From Podarcis pityusensis (taxonomy: Eukaryota): DNA of 64,000 nucleotides. The stretch lies in the NCBI GenBank assembly GCA_964106645.2, contig OZ067038.1. One strand, given 5' to 3'. The notes beneath the pieces were generated by a model. The model did no database searches. It worked only from the letters and a program-made list of their open reading frames with translations, and was not told where the DNA came from. A program made the translations under genes and the position numbers. The stretch's first letter is position 1; each line of letters opens with the position of its first letter. Positions 61,690 to 64,000 of this stretch are shown piece after piece.

Positions 61690-62700
61690 CCAAATTGCAA
61701 AAGGAAAAGAAAATAGAAGTTCACAACTGGTGAAAAACTTACTGCCAGCTGTCATTGATCTGTGCAGTAAAATGCTTGGTAAGCCAGCAGCTGCAAAGCT
61801 GAAAAGTATACTCTTATCAGAAGCCACAGTAAGTAAAAAATAAAAATGGTGACCTTTCTGATTATCTAAAAACACAAGTTGTTCATCATATAAACCAAAG
61901 CAAGCATTTTGCAACGCAGATGAGTCAACAGATGTTCAGGCATGCTGTTCTTGCATATAGGAGGTATGTATGGGGAGAAGAAATTGCGGAAGAAAGCCAA
62001 CAACAACTACAGAAAATTATATTTTCAAAGCTTTGGACAGCTTCATAATAGAAAATTCAACAATGTGGAGCAACTGTGTTTGTCTACCAGCAGCTGGTGG
62101 AACAGCCGGGACAGGAAAAAATGGACGGATCCAGCTTGTTCACAAAGTTGTTCCAAATGCAGCTTTCTCCACAGAGAAGTGCTAGCTTCTAAAAGTATGA
62201 GGGAAGTCTGCATTCTGTTCTAGAAAAATGTGCAAAAATTGTTAATTTCACCAAAGCCAGTGCTCTTAATTTAAGATGTTTTGAAGTTCTCTGCACACAA
62301 ATGAGCACAAAACTATCATTACACACAGAAGTGAGGTGGTTGGAATAGTGCTCACATGCCTGTTGGATCTTCAACATAAAGTTCTGAAGATTCTGATAAA
62401 TAACAAATCAAAACTTGCTTAGAATGTTACAACTCATTGTGGCTTTTTAAGGTTGGCATACCTTGCAGATCTATCCAGCTGTCTGAATTAATTAAATGCA
62501 GCTAATTAATTAAGTGCAGAGAATAATTGTTGCCATTTTTGACTGTCAAAAAATGGAGGCATTCAAAAAAAGATGCTGAAACTGATTGAGATGTATATTA
62601 GAAAATTCCAGTGACAGGTTTCTAACTGTTGCACAGTTCCTTGAGGAAGATCAAACAGTAAAATTTGCTTTTATCAAAGGAGGTGTTATGCAACAACGGC
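61690..62700 (+). pseudogene. Fossil hAT (Charlie/Buster-type) transposase, frameshifted
   Basis: Fragments across frames: LPAVIDLCSKMLGKPAAAKLKSILLSEATV, DESTDV, FLHREVLASK, IVNFTKASALN and HTEVRWL, all Charlie/Buster transposase hallmarks. Confidence 0.85.
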
Positions 62701-62983
62701 TTCTGAGCAAACATGCATGGATGGGATTTCACTGTTAATTTCTTTTCTGCATTTACTGCATTCACATGCAGCACCTATGCTTGTTAGTATCATGCAAAAA
62801 TGGTCTTCAAGCAACTTTCGATCTTGTTTAAGTAGCCCTGGTTAGCAGTTTACATCTCAGTGGAATAAGGGCACTGTTGTAGCAGCAGCAGCAATGGAAG
62901 TGCTGCCCCTGTTCCCTAATCTTAGATAACCCCAGTACTATGTGTAGCTTGTGTGGTATTTCAATGGCCCCATTAGGTTTGGA

Positions 62984-63233
62984 CAGGGGTCAGCAAACTT
63001 TTTAAGTGGGGGGCTGGTCCACTGTCCCTCAGACCTTGTGGGGGGCTGGACTATATTGGGGGGGAGAGAATGAATGAATTCCTATGCCCCACAAATAACC
63101 CAGAGATGCATTTTAAATAAAAGCACACTTTCTACTCATGTAAAAACACGCTAATTCCTGGACCATCTGCGGGCCGGATTTAGAAGGCGATTGGGCCGGA
63201 TCTGGCCGCTAGGCCTTAGTTTGCCTACCTCAG
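62984..63233. mobile_element. hAT MITE, intact relative of 36585-39332
   Basis: Collinear with the two halves of the split copy. Confidence 0.85.
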
Positions 63234-63317
63234 GGCCTAAGTCCAGTTCCCTTCAGCCCCCAAAGCTGAAGGAAACCCAGGCAGATGGGCAGGGTGTAAA
63301 TAATAAAACTATAATTA

Positions 63318-63655
63318 TCACAAGCGTCTCTATTTTCCAGGGACCTCCCTGATTTAGAAGAGCCATCCCGGTTTCTGATTTGATCCTGGAATGTCCCACT
63401 TTACTTTAGGATGTCCCTGTTTTCATTGGAGAAATGTTGGAGGGTATGGAGTTATTCAACCCCCGAGCCGCCTGAAGACAATCCTGTATAGGGAAGTTTT
63501 AAAACATGTTTAATGTTTTATTATGTTTTTTATATATGTTGGAAGCTGCCCAGAATGCTGGGGCAACCCAATAAGATGTGTGGGGTATACATAGTAAAAT
63601 TATCATTATGGAATGAGACGTCCCCATTTTCATTGGAGAAATGTTGGAGGGTATG
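63318..63655 (+). mobile_element. Composite repeat: MITE-like end, L2 3' tail, repeated MITE-like end (copy 2)
   Basis: TTTTCATTGGAGAAATGTTGGAGGGTATG occurs twice, on either side of an L2 tail. Confidence 0.7.
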
Positions 63656-64000
63656 TTATTATTAAATGACCATCAGAGGCACTGGCACCTGATGGTGGAG
63701 GAAACAGGTGCCTCATGTCTCTTCCTGATTAATGTTTTTAAAGGGAGCCTTCTTGTTCTCCACCTCTGTGTCTTAGTTTATGCGGCAGGCAGGTTAGCAA
63801 AGACTCTGGTCTTTGGAGCAGTTGGGGAGGGTACGAAAGTGCCAGAGGACCCAGATGCGGGAGGGAGAAATTGGGCAGCAGTGGATCAGTAAGGACACTG
63901 AGGGCAGTGGGGGAAGGGAGTATCCCAGGGCAATATGGGATACTTCCAGACATCACCTCAGACCTGGCAGTGCTCCTGCAGCCATTGCCAAATATACTCC

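Noticed and set aside
19785-64000. Downstream SLC8A3 exons (mutually exclusive CBD2 exons, KTI...)
   Set aside because: Not found by eye; they probably lie beyond the window, though short exons could have been missed.

Overview
This is eukaryotic DNA from a squamate reptile, probably a lacertid lizard; that call is inferred from the repeat inventory (Sauria SINE, Squam3-like SINE, BovB, CR1, L2, L1, Penelope). The only host coding sequence is the large first coding exon of the Na+/Ca2+ exchanger SLC8A3/NCX3 (exon 17955-19780, + strand, ATG at 18012). The rest is intronic and dense in transposable elements, with several nested insertions. Four observations stand out. (1) A young, CpG-rich ~730-bp insertion without a target-site duplication (27281-28011, Ngaro/DIRS-like) carries its own promoter and poly(A) signal, an ENE-like U-rich internal loop and a 260-nt multi-helix RNA domain. 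(2) A full-length non-autonomous L1 derivative (36684-39093) has an in-frame ORF1-ORF2 fusion and a strong sense-strand A>G substitution skew. (3) A Penelope fragment carries a decayed minimal hammerhead ribozyme (20311-20348). (4) The NCX3 exon could form a circRNA or an intronically polyadenylated transcript encoding a truncated protein. All repeat family names come from motif recognition by eye, with no database search.
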